Positions 36,530 through 49,359 of a DNA stretch of 64,000 bases are shown in pieces; the first letter of the stretch is position 1, and each line of letters begins with the position of its first letter. A program made the translations under genes and the position numbers. The DNA is from an uncultured Thermoleophilia bacterium (GTDB taxonomy: Bacteria > Actinomycetota > Thermoleophilia > UBA2241). Below the pieces are notes generated by a model. The model saw only the letters and a list, made by a program, of their open reading frames with translations, did no database searches and was not told the DNA's origin. The stretch is from the NCBI GenBank assembly GCA_963709635.1, contig CAVPXA010000033.1:6558-70557 (forward strand), read 5' to 3'.

Positions 36530-36829
36530 ATGAGCGAGAAACGCAAGCCGGCGCGACCGGCACCGAGTGACGCACGCCGGTGGCAGACGGAGTTCGACGA
36601 GCTGGAACTGCGCATGGACGCCCTGCGCCAGGCGTTCACCGAGGCGATCAGGTCGTTCGAGATGACCGAGGAGACCGTGGAGCGCATCCACGCCCGGTTC
36701 GACGACCTCGGCGAGCAGGTGCACGCCATGCACTGCACGTACCCGTTCGGCGGCTGGCCGGGGCAGGAGGACTGCCGCTTCGAGCCGCCGGTCCCGTACG
36801 AGAGCGAAGCGCGGCGGGCGCAGGACTGA
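36530..36829 (+). CDS. hypothetical 99-aa protein (basic N-terminus, coiled-coil middle, Cys/Trp/Pro C-terminus)
   Basis: ATG 36530 with GGAGG 6 nt upstream (alternative ATG 36479). MSEKRKPARPAPSDARRWQTEFDELELRMDALRQAF...CTYPFGGWPGQEDCRFEPP. The stop is 6 nt before the next GTG. Confidence 0.5.
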   Translation: MSEKRKPARPAPSDARRWQTEFDELELRMDALRQAFTEAIRSFEMTEETVERIHARFDDLGEQVHAMHCTYPFGGWPGQEDCRFEPPVPYESEARRAQD

Positions 36830-36835
36830 GCGCTC

Positions 36836-37601
36836 GTGGAGCGTCCCGACCGCCGAGTCAAGACCGAACTGCGCGACGACGTCTGCGTCTTCCGCTGCGG
36901 CGGCGTGGCCGGCGATCGCCTGGCCGAGGACCTGCCCGCCGAGGTCGGGCCGCTGCCTCGAGTCGGGCATCTCCGCCGCGGTCGTCGACCTCGACCCGTG
37001 GACGCCCCTGGACGACAGCGGGCTGACGGCGCTGCGCGGGGCGGCGCAGGAGTTCGAGCGGGCGGGTGCGGCGCTGGTCGTGGCGGTCGAGGAGCCTGAG
37101 GCGCGCGCGGAACTGGCGGGAGCCGGCCTCATGCGCGCCGTGCCGCCGGCGCCCGGCCCGCCCGAGGGCGACGCCGCCGCTCCGGTCGGCGCGGACGAGC
37201 ACCCTCGCTGGGAACATGAGTTCACGTTCCCTGCCACGACGCGGCAACTGCGCGCCGCGCGCCGCAGGGTCGCGGCGTTCGCCGAGGTCGCGGGTCTGGA
37301 CGGCGCCGGCCTCTTCGAGCTCAACGTCGCCGTCGCCGAGGCGCTCGCGAACGCGGTCGTGCACGGCTCACCAAACGGTGCGGACGACGACGTGCACGTG
37401 CGGTTCTTCTGTTACGAGGACGAGGTCGCCGTGGAGGTGGTGGACGGCGGCGACGGTCTGGAGGCCACGCCCATCTGCGCGCCGCCGGCCGCTGCGACGA
37501 GCGGCCGGGGCATCCACTTCATGCGCGCGCTGACGGACGCGGTGCACTACACCTGCGGTCCGCTGGGCACGCGCGTGCTGCTGGTCAAGCAGCGGTCGTG
37601 A
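36836..37601 (+). pseudogene. STAS (anti-sigma antagonist-like) domain fused to RsbW/SpoIIAB-type anti-sigma Ser kinase (HATPase) domain; one frame break
   Basis: GTG 36836: TELRDDVCVFRCGGVAGDRLAEDLPAEVG. After an extra C near 36950 it continues RCLESGISAAVVDLDPWTPLDDSGLTALRGAAQEFERAGAALVV (STAS). A Pro-rich linker follows, then LNVAVAEALANAVVHG..VEVVDGGDG..GRGIHFMRALTD (ORF 37080..37601 frame). No stop separates the two domains. Confidence 0.65.
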
Positions 37602-37679
37602 GGGAGGCGGCGGTCCGGGCTTGGGACCGCCGGCAGGTCGAGCGCCTCCGTCGCGAGCGGAGGCGAGAGGCGGGGCAGC

Positions 37680-40600
37680 GTGACGGGTACGGACGGGGCT
37701 GAGGCACGTGGGTCCGAAGAGGCCGGCGGCGGGCCGCATGACGGCGTGAAGGCCCGCGGGCGGGGCCTGCTGGTGCCGGCGCTCGTCTTCCTGGTGCTGG
37801 CGGCGGCGGTCGCCGTCGCGGGGTGGGCCATCTTCGCCCGGCAGGCAGCGGACATGCGCGACGAGAGCGCCTCCTCCCTCCAGGCCGTGCACAACATCCA
37901 GAGCGCCCAGATCTCGCTCTGGTTCCAGGATGAGCTGAGCGACGTGCGCCTCCTGGCTGCGGCCCCGGGCCTGGTCGAGCCTCTGAAGCGCTTCATGGAC
38001 GAGCCGGCCGGCTCGCTCCCCCCGGCGCAGTTGCGCGCCGAGATCGAGTTCTACCGGCGCGGGCACGGCATCGCCGCGGTCAGCGTGTTCGATGACCGCG
38101 GGCAGCTGATCCTCACTGCTCCTTTCGAGCAGGGAGCCGAGCCCGCGCGCGTGCCGACCCCACGGGAGGTGGGAGTGGCTGCCGAGGCGCTGCGCCGGGA
38201 CGGAGTGGCCTTCTCCGGCGCGTATCTCGAGGCCGACGGCTCCGTGGTGATGGACCTCGCTGCGCCGCTGCGCGAGTCGACTCCGGCGCCGGGGGAGGCG
38301 ATCGGCGCCATCGTGGTCCACCTCGCCGCGGCGGACACCCTGTTCCCGATGCTGGAGTCCTGGCCGGCCTCGATGCGGACGGGCGAAAGCGTGGTAGCTG
38401 CGCTGGTGGGCGACAGGATCGTCTCGGTCAATCCTCTGCCGGTGGGCGACCGGAGGGCGCTCACCGTCTCGCGGCCCGCTGCGGACAGCGACCTGCCCGC
38501 CGCCATGGCGGTGCGCGGCCGTACCGGCGTCGTGGAGGGGGTGGACTACCGCGGCGCGCCGGTGCTGGCCGCCGTCGGCAGGATCCCGGAGACGCCGTGG
38601 TACCTCGTGACCAAGCAGGACCTGGCGGTGATCGACGAGCCGATCGTGGAGCGCGGCTGGGCGACGCTCGCGTGGGTCGCCGGCCTCATCCTGCTGGCCG
38701 GCGTGGTGCTGCTCCTGTACTGGCGCGTCCGCGAGGCGCGCACGCTGCGCGAGCTGGTCGGGCTGGAGCGGGACCGGAGCCGCGCCGAGACGCAGTACGC
38801 GGCGCTGATGCGGGAGGCCAAGGAGATCGTCGTCGTGCACCGCTCGGACGCGACGATCGTGGAGGCGAACGACTGGGCGCTGCAGACGTACGGGTACTCG
38901 CGGGAGGAGTTCATCGGCAGGTCGACGACCGTCTTCATCGCGCCGGAGCACCTCGTGCCGGCGGAGGAGGCCACCCGCCGTCTCGAGGAGGAGGGCGGCC
39001 ACCGCACCTTCGAGAGCGTCCATCGCCGGCGCGACGGGGTGGAGTTCCCGGTCGAGGTCGGGCAGAGCATCATCGAGGTCGACGATGAGGAGCTCGTCCT
39101 CGAGGTCATCCGCGACGTCGGGGAGCGCAAGGCCGCCGAGGTGGCGCTGCGCGACAGCGAGGCCCGGTACAGGACGCTGTTCGAGAACGCGCTGAGCGGC
39201 TTCTCGCTGCAGGAGGTCGTCCTGGACGAGGACGGCGAGCCGGTCGACTTCGTCACGCTCGCCGTGAGCCCCGCGTTCGAGGCGCAGACCGGGCTGCGGG
39301 CCGAGGACGTCGTGGGGCGGCCCGCCAGCCGGGCCATCCCCGGCATCCTCGAGACCGACATCATCCAGCGCGGGGGGCGGGTGGCGCTTACCGGAGTGGC
39401 CGAGCGCGCCGAGACCTACTTCCCCGCGCTCGGCCGCTACCTGGACATCCAGTTCGCGTCGCCCCAGAGGGGCCAGTTCGCGGCCATCATCCTCGACGTC
39501 ACCGTGCAGCGTGCCGCGGAAGCCGGACTGCAGCAGACCACGCAACGGCTCGAGGCCACCGTCCTGGCGTCGCCGCTGGCGATCGTGGCGATCGGCCGGG
39601 AGCGGGAGGTCGTCTTGTGGAACCCGGCCGCTGCCGCCATCTTCGGGTGGACAGCCGATGAAGTGCTCGGGCGGCCGCTGCCCATCATCCCACCGGACGT
39701 CGAGACCCAGGCCGAGTCGCTGCAGCGGAGACTCCTCTCAGGGGAGCAGTTCGCCGGCCTCGACCTGCCCAGCGTGCGCAAGGACGGCGAGCGCATCCAC
39801 ACGAGCGTGTCGCTCGCCCTCATGCACGGAGCCGAGGGCGAGCCGGACAGCGTGCTGATGATCTTCGAGGACGTCACGGAGCGCCGTGCCAACGTGGTGC
39901 GGCTCGCGCGACTGACGCGGCTGTACCAGGTGCTGAGCGCGGTCACCGAGGCCATCCCGGAGGAGCGCGATCCAGACCGCCTGTTCGAGAAGGTGTGCGG
40001 CATCGTCGTCGCGCAGGGAGGCTTCCGCCGCGCCTGGGTGGGGCGCAAGCGGCGCAACGGCCTCGTCCAGGTGGTGGCGTCGGCCGGCGCGGAGGACGCG
40101 CCGGGCGTCGACGGCGAGGAGGCGCACACGCTGGCGGACAGGCTCGGCTATGTGGGCGTGGCCCTTGCCCAGGGACGCAGCGACACGGTGCAGGACGTCG
40201 TCGCCGACCCGCGCACGGCCGGCATGGCCGCGGAGGCCGCCGCGCTGGGCATCCGTTCGGCGGCGGCGGTGCCGGTGTTCATCGACGGCCGCCACGAGAC
40301 CGTGCTCGCGATCCAATCGAGCGAGCCCGGGCGGTTCGACGCCGAGGAGCTCGCCCTGCTCGAGCGGCTCGCCGCGGACATCGGCTTCGCCGTGCAGGCC
40401 GGCGGCGAGGAGGCCGCCCGGCGCAAGGCTGAGCGCAGGCTCGAGGCGCTCAACCGGAGCCTCGAGCGCCGGGTGCGCGAGCGCACGGACGCGCTCGAGG
40501 GCGCCAACGCCGAGCTGGAGGCGTTCAGCTACTCCGTCTCGCACGACCTGCGCGCGCCTCTGCGCGCGCTCGACGGGTTCAGCCTCGCCCTGCTGGAGGA

Positions 40601-41189
40601 CTACGGTGAGGAGCTCGACACAGGTGCGGCGGACTATCTCAGGCGCATCCGCGCCGCCTCCCAGCGCATGGCGCGGCTCATCGACGACCTGCTCATGCTC
40701 TCGCGGGTCACGCGCCGCGACATGACGCTCGGGGAGGTGGACCTCACCGCCCTCGCGCGCACGATCGGCGCGGAGCTCGCCGCGGACGAGCCCGAGCGGA
40801 AGGTCACCCTCGCCGTCGCGGAGAACATGTCGGTCGGCGGCGACGCGCAACTGCTCGACGCCGCCCTGCGCAACCTGCTCGGCAACGCGTGGAAGTTCAC
40901 GTCGCGCGTGCGGGACGCGCAGGTCACGGTGGGTGTGGAGGACCGCGAGGGAGAGCGCGTGTACTTCGTGCGCGACAACGGCGCCGGGTTCGAGGCGGCG
41001 TACGCGGACAAGCTGTTCGCACCGTTCCAGCGCCTCCACGGCGAGGACGAGTTCCCGGGCACGGGCGTCGGCCTGGCCACCGTGCAGCGGATCGTCCGCC
41101 GGCACGGAGGGCGTGTGTGGGCCGAGGGAGCAACGGGTAGAGGAGCGACGGTGTGGTTCACGCTCGGTCCCCGGGGGGAGGGTGCATGA
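37680..41189 (+). CDS. membrane sensor histidine kinase: periplasmic/extracellular Cache-like domain, ~4 PAS, GAF, HisKA, HATPase_c
   Basis: Intact 1169 aa. TM1 LLVPALVFLVLAAAVAVAGWAIF, TM2 WATLAWVAGLILLAGVVLLLYW, repeated PAS ends (IRDVGERK, ILDVTVQR, FEDVTERR), H-box FSYSVSHDLRAPLRAL, N/G boxes GNAWKF..DNGAGF..GTGVGLA. Confidence 0.9.
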   Translation: MTGTDGAEARGSEEAGGGPHDGVKARGRGLLVPALVFLVLAAAVAVAGWAIFARQAADMRDESASSLQAVHNIQSAQISLWFQDELSDVRLLAAAPGLVEPLKRFMDEPAGSLPPAQLRAEIEFYRRGHGIAAVSVFDDRGQLILTAPFEQGAEPARVPTPREVGVAAEALRRDGVAFSGAYLEADGSVVMDLAAPLRESTPAPGEAIGAIVVHLAAADTLFPMLESWPASMRTGESVVAALVGDRIVSVNPLPVGDRRALTVSRPAADSDLPAAMAVRGRTGVVEGVDYRGAPVLAAVGRIPETPWYLVTKQDLAVIDEPIVERGWATLAWVAGLILLAGVVLLLYWRVREARTLRELVGLERDRSRAETQYAALMREAKEIVVVHRSDATIVEANDWALQTYGYSREEFIGRSTTVFIAPEHLVPAEEATRRLEEEGGHRTFESVHRRRDGVEFPVEVGQSIIEVDDEELVLEVIRDVGERKAAEVALRDSEARYRTLFENALSGFSLQEVVLDEDGEPVDFVTLAVSPAFEAQTGLRAEDVVGRPASRAIPGILETDIIQRGGRVALTGVAERAETYFPALGRYLDIQFASPQRGQFAAIILDVTVQRAAEAGLQQTTQRLEATVLASPLAIVAIGREREVVLWNPAAAAIFGWTADEVLGRPLPIIPPDVETQAESLQRRLLSGEQFAGLDLPSVRKDGERIHTSVSLALMHGAEGEPDSVLMIFEDVTERRANVVRLARLTRLYQVLSAVTEAIPEERDPDRLFEKVCGIVVAQGGFRRAWVGRKRRNGLVQVVASAGAEDAPGVDGEEAHTLADRLGYVGVALAQGRSDTVQDVVADPRTAGMAAEAAALGIRSAAAVPVFIDGRHETVLAIQSSEPGRFDAEELALLERLAADIGFAVQAGGEEAARRKAERRLEALNRSLERRVRERTDALEGANAELEAFSYSVSHDLRAPLRALDGFSLALLEDYGEELDTGAADYLRRIRAASQRMARLIDDLLMLSRVTRRDMTLGEVDLTALARTIGAELAADEPERKVTLAVAENMSVGGDAQLLDAALRNLLGNAWKFTSRVRDAQVTVGVEDREGERVYFVRDNGAGFEAAYADKLFAPFQRLHGEDEFPGTGVGLATVQRIVRRHGGRVWAEGATGRGATVWFTLGPRGEGA

Positions 41190-41635
41190 AGGAGCAGCGG
41201 CTCATCCTGCTCGTCGAAGACAACGACGACGACGTCGAGCTGACGCTGCGCGCGCTGCGTCGCAACCGCGTCGCCAACCGCGTGGACGTGGTCCGGGACG
41301 GGGCGGAGGCGCTCGAGTACCTGTTCGCCACCGGCAGCTACGCGAGCCGCGACGCGCGCGACACCCCCAACCTCGTCCTCCTGGACCTCAAGCTCCCCAA
41401 GGTCGGAGGTCTCGAGGTCCTCGAGCGGCTGCGCTCCGATCCCCGCACGCGCCGGCTGCCGGTGGTGATCCTCACCTCGTCCAACGTGGAGAGCGACCTG
41501 GCGCGGAGCTACGACCTCGGCGCCAACAGTTACATCCGCAAGCCGGTGGACTTCACGCAGTTCATGGAGGCCGTCAACCAGCTGGGCCTGTACTGGCTGG
41601 TGCTGAACGAGGCCCCTCCGTACGGAGAGACCTGA
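41186..41635 (+). CDS. single-domain (CheY-like) response regulator
   Basis: ATG 41186 overlaps the kinase stop (ATGA). LILLVEDNDDDVEL..LVLLDLKLPKVGG..VVILTSS..ANSYIRKP. Confidence 0.9.
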   Translation: MKEQRLILLVEDNDDDVELTLRALRRNRVANRVDVVRDGAEALEYLFATGSYASRDARDTPNLVLLDLKLPKVGGLEVLERLRSDPRTRRLPVVILTSSNVESDLARSYDLGANSYIRKPVDFTQFMEAVNQLGLYWLVLNEAPPYGET

Positions 41636-41669
41636 CCGGCTGCGGCGTGGACCGCGCCGCCGCGTGACG

Positions 41670-41675
41670 TAGAAT
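41670..41675 (+). promoter_or_regulatory. -10 box TAGAAT 6 nt upstream of the polA ATG (leaderless-type)
   Basis: gtgacgTAGAATcgcggcATG. No SD between the box and the start. Confidence 0.45.
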
Positions 41676-41681
41676 CGCGGC

Positions 41682-44305
41682 ATGTCCGACCCCCGGCTCC
41701 ACGACCGCCTCTTCCTGCTCGACGGCAGCAGCCTCGCGTTCCGCGCGTTCTTCGCGCTGCCCGAGTCCATCAGCACCCAGTCCGGGCAGCCCACCAACGC
41801 GCTGTTCGGCCTCAGCCAGATGCTGCTCAAGCTCGTGGCCGAGTACCGGCCGGGCTGCATCGTGTGCGCCTGGGACGCGCGAGAGAAGACCTTCCGCGAC
41901 GAGCTCTACGACCAGTACAAGGCGCAGCGGCCGCACATGCCGGACGCGCTGTCGGCGCAGTGGGCGCTCCTGCCGGAGCTCATGGAGGGGTTCGGCGTCG
42001 TCAATCTCGTCAAGCCGGGCTACGAGGCCGACGACATCCTCGGCACGCTCGCGGAGGAGGCCAAGCGGCAGGGCATCGGCTCGGTGGTCGTCACCGGCGA
42101 CCGCGACGCCATGCAGATCGTCGACGACGACATCTGGGTGATGAGCACCGGCCGCGGCGTCACCGACGTCAAGATCTACACGCCGGCCGCGGTGCTCGAG
42201 CGCTTCGGCGTCACGCCGGCGCAGATCCCCGACTACATCGGCCTCAAGGGCGACACCTCGGACAACATCCCCGGGGTGCCCGGCATCGGCGAGAAGACGG
42301 CGGCGCAGCTGCTGCAGCAGTTCGGGTCCATCGACGAGCTGTACCGGCGGCTGGACGAGGTCAAGTCGGACAAGCGGCGCGCGCTCCTGGTGGAGCACGA
42401 GGCCGCCGCGCGCCTTTCTCTGCAGCTCGCGACCATGGTCTGCGACGTCCCGCTCGAGCACGACCTGGTCGAGGTGGTCACCACCTGCGGGTACCGGCTT
42501 CCGGTCGAGCAGGTCGACGCCGTCTTCGAGCGCTTCGAGTTCCGCAACCTGCGCCGCCGGCTGCACGAGATCGCCGAGGATGCCGGCGCGCCCGAGGCGC
42601 CGCCGGCCGGCGTCAGCGGCGCGCTGGTGCGGCTCGCGCCGGAGCCGGACGTCGGGCCGGTGGCGGCCCTGCTCGAGAAGGCGGAGGCCGCGCTCGCCTT
42701 CGAGCCGCGCGGCGATGGCGACGAGGCAGCGGCCTCGTCGTGGCCGCGCACGCCGGCGGCGACGCGTGCCTCGTGGCTCCGGCCGACGCGGTCAGGGCCG
42801 GCTCGCTCTGGCTGCTGGCAGGGCACGCCGTGGTGCACGACGCCAAGGCGCAGCCGGGCTTCGTGCACGCGCCGGCGGGGCCGGCCTTCGACACCGCCGT
42901 GGCCGCCTACCTGCTCGCGCCGGAGCGGCCGGAGAAGGAGCGCACGCTGTTCATGCTCGCCGGCGCCGAGGACGGCGCCCAGCTGGTCGAGGGGCCGGCG
43001 GCCGAGGCCGCCGCGGCCACGCGCGCCACGCTCACGTGGCGCGTGGCCGAGGCTCAGCGGCCGCGCCTCGTCGAGCTCGGCCTCGAGCGGCTGTTCCGCG
43101 AGGTCGAGCTGCCGCTCGTCCGCGTGCTCGCGCAGATGGAGGCCGCCGGCGTCAAGATGGACCCGTACCGGCTCGGCGAGATCACGGCGCGCGTGCGCGA
43201 CCGCATCGACGAGCTGGGCGACGAGATCCACCGGCTCGCCGGCGCGCCGTTCACCATCGGCTCGCCGCAGCAGCTGGCCGAGGTCCTGTTCGCCCGCCTC
43301 GGCCTCGACACGGGCAGGAAGGGCAAGACGGGATACTCGACCGACGCGAGGGTGCTGCGCGGCCTGCGCGACCAGCACCCGATCGTCCCGGCGGTCGAGG
43401 AGTGGCGGGAGCTCACCAAGCTGCTCAACACGTATCTGGAGCCGCTCCCGGCCCGCCTCGACCCGGTCACCGGCCGGCTCCACACCACCTTCAACCAGCT
43501 GGTCGCGTCCACCGGCCGGCTCTCGAGCTCCAGCCCGAACCTGCAGAACATCCCCGTGCGCACCGACCTGGGGCAGGAGATCCGCGCCTGCTTCGTGGCC
43601 GAGGAGGGGCACAAGCTCCTGGTCGCCGACTACTCCCAGATCGAGCTGCGGCTCATGGCCTCGCTCTCGGGCGAGCCGGCGCTGCTGGACGCGTACCACC
43701 GCGGGGAGGACGTACACCGCGTCACCGCGGCGGCCGTCGCCGGCATCCCGGTCGAGGAGGTCACCAAGAAGCAGCGCGAGCGCGCCAAGGCGACCAACTT
43801 CGGCATCATGTACGGGCTGTCGGCGTTCGGGCTCTCCGAGCAGGTCGACATCCCGGTGGACGAGGCCCGCGCCTTCATCGAGGCGTACTTCGCCAAGTAC
43901 CCCCGGGTCAAGGAGTTCCGCGAGCGCGTCATCGCGCAGGCCGCGCAGGACGGCTACGTGACCACGCTGTTCGGCCGCCGCCGCGCCGTGCCGGAGCTGC
44001 GCTCGTCCAACTACCGCGACCGCTCGCTGGGCGAGCGGCTCGCCGTCAACACCATCCTGCAGGGTACGGCGGCCGACATCATCAAGGTCGCGATGGTCAC
44101 GGTGAGTCGCGAGCTGGAGCGCCGCAAGCTGGCGTCGCGGCTGGTGCTGCAGGTGCACGACGAGCTCGTCCTGGAGTGCCCGGACGACGAGCTCGACGCG
44201 TGCCTGCCGCTGCTGCGCGACGCCATGTGCGGCGCCCTCGACCTCGACCCTCCGCTCGAGGTCGACGTCGGCGTCGGCGACGACTGGGTGGCGGCCAAGT
44301 CCTGA
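41682..44305 (+). pseudogene. polA: DNA polymerase I, frame broken once as written (probably sequence error)
   Basis: 5'-nuclease domain LFLLDGSSLAFRAFFAL..GVPGIGEKTAAQLL in ORF 41682 frame. After a -1 shift near 42715-42735 the ORF 41864..44305 frame carries the pol motifs DYSQIELRLMA, KATNFGIMYG and QVHDELV. Confidence 0.95.
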
Positions 44306-44338
44306 GCTCCGGGCGCTTCGCCCGCAGGCTCCCATCCG

Positions 44339-44347
44339 TGCTATACT
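44339..44347 (+). promoter_or_regulatory. extended -10 promoter TGcTATACT for rpsA
   Basis: Located 88 nt upstream of ATG 44435. The leader contains hairpin GGCCCGC/GCGGGCC (44359-44380) followed by TTT, and GGGAGG at 44417-44422. Confidence 0.4.
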
Positions 44348-44434
44348 CCGCTGGTTTCGGCCCGCTGCGGTCCGCGGGCCTTTCCCATCTGTAAACGACG
44401 GATCGCATACGTGACCGGGAGGCTACGACCACAC

Positions 44435-45929
44435 ATGGCAGAGAAACCAATCGACCCACAGATCGCCGCAGCGAACGACCCCAGGATCGTCGAGGGCAGC
44501 GAGGGCTACCTCATCGAAGTGGACGGCGAGATCGTCCCCAACTACGACATGACGCTGACCAACTTCAGCGAAGGCGACATCGTCACCGGCAACGTCGTGC
44601 GCATCGACAAGGACGAGGTCCTCGTCGACATCGGCTACAAGTCCGAGGGCGTCATCCCGGTCAACGAGCTGAGCATCCGCAAGAACGTCAATACCTCCGA
44701 GGAAGTCGCTCTCGACGAAGAGATCGACGCCCTCGTCATGACCAAGGAAGACGCCGACGGGCGTCTCATCCTCAGCAAGAAGCGCGCCAAGTTCGAGAAG
44801 GCCTGGAAGCGCATCGAAGGCGCCTTCGAGAGCGGCGAGCCGGTCACCGGCACCGTGATCGAGGTCGTCAAGGGCGGCCTCATCCTCGACCTCGGCGTGC
44901 GCGGGTTCCTGCCGGCCTCGCTGGTCGACATCCGCCGCGTGCAGGACCTCCAGGAGTACGTCGGCCAGGAGCTCAACTGCCGCGTCATCGAGATGAACCG
45001 CAACCGCAACAACGTGGTCCTCAGCCGCCGCGCCGTCCTCGAAGAGGAGCGCAAGGAGGTCCGCCAGCAGATCATCGACGAGCTCAACGTGGGCGACATC
45101 GTCGAGGGCACCATCAGCAACATCGTCGACTTCGGCGCGTTCGTCGACCTCGACGGCATCGACGGCCTCATCCACATCAGCGAGCTCAGCTGGACGCACA
45201 TCAACCACCCGTCCGAGGTGCTGCAGGTCAACCAGAAGGTCAAGGTCAAGGTGCTCGACATCGACCGCGACCGCCAGCGCATCAGCCTCGGCCTCAAGCA
45301 GACCCAGGAAGACCCGTGGCAGAAGATCGTCGCCCGGCACAAGGTCGGCGACGTCGTCGAGGGTCGCGTCACCAAGATCGTCGCCTTCGGCGCCTTCGTC
45401 GAGATCTACGAGGGCATCGAGGGTCTCGTGCACATCAGCGAGCTGGCCAACCGCCACGTCGAGCGTCCGGACGAGGTCGTCTCCGTGGGCCAGCAGGTCA
45501 GCGTCAAGATCATCGAGGTCGACTCGGAGCGCCGTCGCCTCAGCCTCAGCATCAAGCGCGTGGACGGCGACAACGTCAAGCCGCTGCGGCCGCTCGAGCC
45601 TGAGGTCGACGAAGAGGCCGAGGAGATCGAGGAGATCGACAGAGGCCGTCGAGACGATCGAAGAGGCCGAGGAGATCCTCGAGGCCGAGGCCGAGGTCGA
45701 GGTGGCCGCGGCCATCGTCGAGGAGGAGCTCGCCACCGCCGAGACGCCCGAGGAGGTCGAGCAGGCCGTCGAGGACGCCATCGTCGTGGCCGTCGCCGCC
45801 GAGGTGGTCGAAGAGGCCGCCGAGGAGTTCGTGGCGGAGCACGAGCCCGAGCTGGGCCTGAGCGACGATGTCTTCCCGGCCGGAGCGGCCGCGGACGACG
45901 AGGCCGTCGAGGAGACCACCGAGGCCTGA
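44435..45929 (+). pseudogene. rpsA: 30S ribosomal protein S1 with long acidic C-terminal tail; one frame break in the tail
   Basis: ATG 44435 (codon 9 of track ORF). Four S1 domains (GDIVTGNVVRI.., VTGTVIEVVKGG.., GDIVEGTISNIVDFGAFV.., GDVVEGRVTKIVAFGAFV..). An extra A near 45641 moves the Glu/Ala/Val-rich tail into ORF 45702..45929. Confidence 0.95.
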
Positions 45930-45939
45930 CGCCTGCGGA

Positions 45940-45979
45940 CGGGGGCGGCGAGGACGAGGGGTCGTCCTCGCCGCCCCCG
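45940..45979 (+). terminator. perfect 18-bp GC hairpin between rpsA and coaE (terminator/attenuator or RNA-stabilising element)
   Basis: CGGGGGCGGCGAGGACGA-GGGG-TCGTCCTCGCCGCCCCCG. The outer arms TGACGC (45927-45932, including the rpsA stop) and GCGTCA (45984-45989) extend it to the coaE SD. No U-tract. Confidence 0.4.
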
Positions 45980-46000
45980 GCCTGCGTCAGGAGGGAAGCC

Positions 46001-46654
46001 ATGAGCACAGCCAAGCGCATACCGGTACTCGGTCTGACCGGCGGTATCGGCTCCGGCAAGTCCACCGCGCTCGCGTACCTGCACGAGCTCGGCGCCGCGA
46101 CCATCTCGAGCGACGACGTCGTCCACAGCCTGTACTCCACGGCTGACGTCGTCGACCGCATCCGCGAGCGCTTCGGCGACGTCGTGGTGGACGGGGCCGG
46201 CGGCATCAGCCGGCCGGCGCTCGCCGCCATCGTCTTCGCGGACGAGGCGGACCTGCGCTGGCTCGAGGACCTGTTGCACCCGTACGTGCGTGCGGCGGTC
46301 GCCGAGTGGGTCGAGCGCCAGCAGAAGGCGCGCCCGCGGCCGGCCCTCATCGTCGTCGAGGTCCCGCTGCTGTTCGAGACGGGGTTCGACCAGCGGTTCG
46401 ACCACATCATGCTCGTCACCGCGCCCGACGACGTGCGTCGCAAGCGCGTGGCGGCCAAGCTCACCGACAGTGAGTTCCGCCGCCGCCGCGCTCAGCAGAT
46501 GCCGGAGGAGGAGAAGGTCAGGCGCAGCGACTTCGTGTACGCCAACTCGGGGTCGCGCAAGGAGCTCAGGGAGTTCGTGGGGCAGACGGTGGCGAGTATC
46601 CTCGCCGGAGACGGACAGGCCGTGGGGGACGGCGCCCAAGAGACCGTCCCGTGA
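46001..46654 (+). CDS. coaE: dephospho-CoA kinase
   Basis: ATG 46001 after CAGGAGGG. P-loop [13 protein letters not shown]. Typical VVEVPLLFE motif. Confidence 0.9.
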   Translation: MSTAKRIPVLGLTGGIGSGKSTALAYLHELGAATISSDDVVHSLYSTADVVDRIRERFGDVVVDGAGGISRPALAAIVFADEADLRWLEDLLHPYVRAAVAEWVERQQKARPRPALIVVEVPLLFETGFDQRFDHIMLVTAPDDVRRKRVAAKLTDSEFRRRRAQQMPEEEKVRRSDFVYANSGSRKELREFVGQTVASILAGDGQAVGDGAQETVP

Positions 46655-47268
46655 GGCGCCTGCTCATCGGCCTCGCCGTGCTGGCACTCGGGCTCGCCGC
46701 CGTGGCCGGCGCCGCGCACTGGGTGGCGCCGCTGTTCGCCAGCGGCAGCGGCCCCTCGTGGGTCACCCAGACGGTCTACCCGCTCGAGCACGCCGGCGCC
46801 ATCCGCGCCGGCGCCGCCCGCTACGACCTCGACCCTGCGCTCGTGGCCGCCGTCGTCTACGCGGAGAGCAGGTTCGACGAGTACGCGCTCTCGTCGCAGG
46901 GCGCGGTCGGCCTCATGCAGATCCTGCCGGAGACCGCCGAGCAGATCGCCGACGAGTCCGGCGGCGTCACGTTCACGACGGAGGACCTCGAGGACCCGCG
47001 GATCAACGTGCGCTACGGCTCCTATTACCTCCGCCAGGCGCTCGACGTCTACGACGGCGACGTGCGCGCCGCGGTGGCCTCGTACAACGCCGGCATGGGC
47101 GCCGTGAGCGAGTGGGTGACCGCGGCGCGCGCCGAGGGTCGCCGGCTGCGCCTGCGCGACATCCCGTACCCGGAGACGAAGGCCTACGTCGAGAAGGTCC
47201 TCGAGGCGCGCCGGGTCTACCGGGAGGAGTACGGCGACCGCTTGGGCGAGGCCCCCGAGGCGCGCTGA
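46651..47268 (+). CDS. membrane-anchored lytic transglycosylase (SLT domain)
   Basis: GTGA overlap with the coaE stop. N-terminal anchor [19 protein letters not shown]. Catalytic region [35 protein letters not shown]. Confidence 0.85.
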   Translation: MRRLLIGLAVLALGLAAVAGAAHWVAPLFASGSGPSWVTQTVYPLEHAGAIRAGAARYDLDPALVAAVVYAESRFDEYALSSQGAVGLMQILPETAEQIADESGGVTFTTEDLEDPRINVRYGSYYLRQALDVYDGDVRAAVASYNAGMGAVSEWVTAARAEGRRLRLRDIPYPETKAYVEKVLEARRVYREEYGDRLGEAPEAR

Positions 47269-47307
47269 CAGGCTTAGGCGCCGCCCCGCGACGGCGTCCC
47301 GATCCCC

Positions 47308-47336
47308 TTGCGAACGTGTGTTCGTATTGGTACCAT
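47308..47336 (+). promoter_or_regulatory. uvrB promoter: TTGCGA -17 nt- TACCAT, ATG 9 nt downstream
   Basis: -35 at 47308-47313 and -10 at 47331-47336. Only ~3 nt of leader is expected and there is no SD. Confidence 0.55.
47311..47324. promoter_or_regulatory. LexA (SOS / Cheo-type) box CGAACGTGTGTTCG
   Basis: Perfect CGAAC-N4-GTTCG inverted repeat lying between the -35 and -10 of the uvrB promoter. Confidence 0.75.
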
Positions 47337-47345
47337 CGAGGGTGC

Positions 47346-49351
<2,006 letters not shown>

Positions 49352-49359
<8 letters not shown>

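Noticed and set aside
35801-36829. 342-aa ORF beginning inside the tRNA-Leu gene
   Set aside because: It starts within the tRNA T-arm and runs antisense through the PPC gene. Only the last ~100 codons (from 36530 or 36479) have an SD and a plausible protein sequence.
35742-41635. Possible genomic island integrated at tRNA-Leu
   Set aside because: There is no integrase, recombinase or phage gene. I could find no repeat of the tRNA 3' end downstream, and the composition is similar to the flanks.
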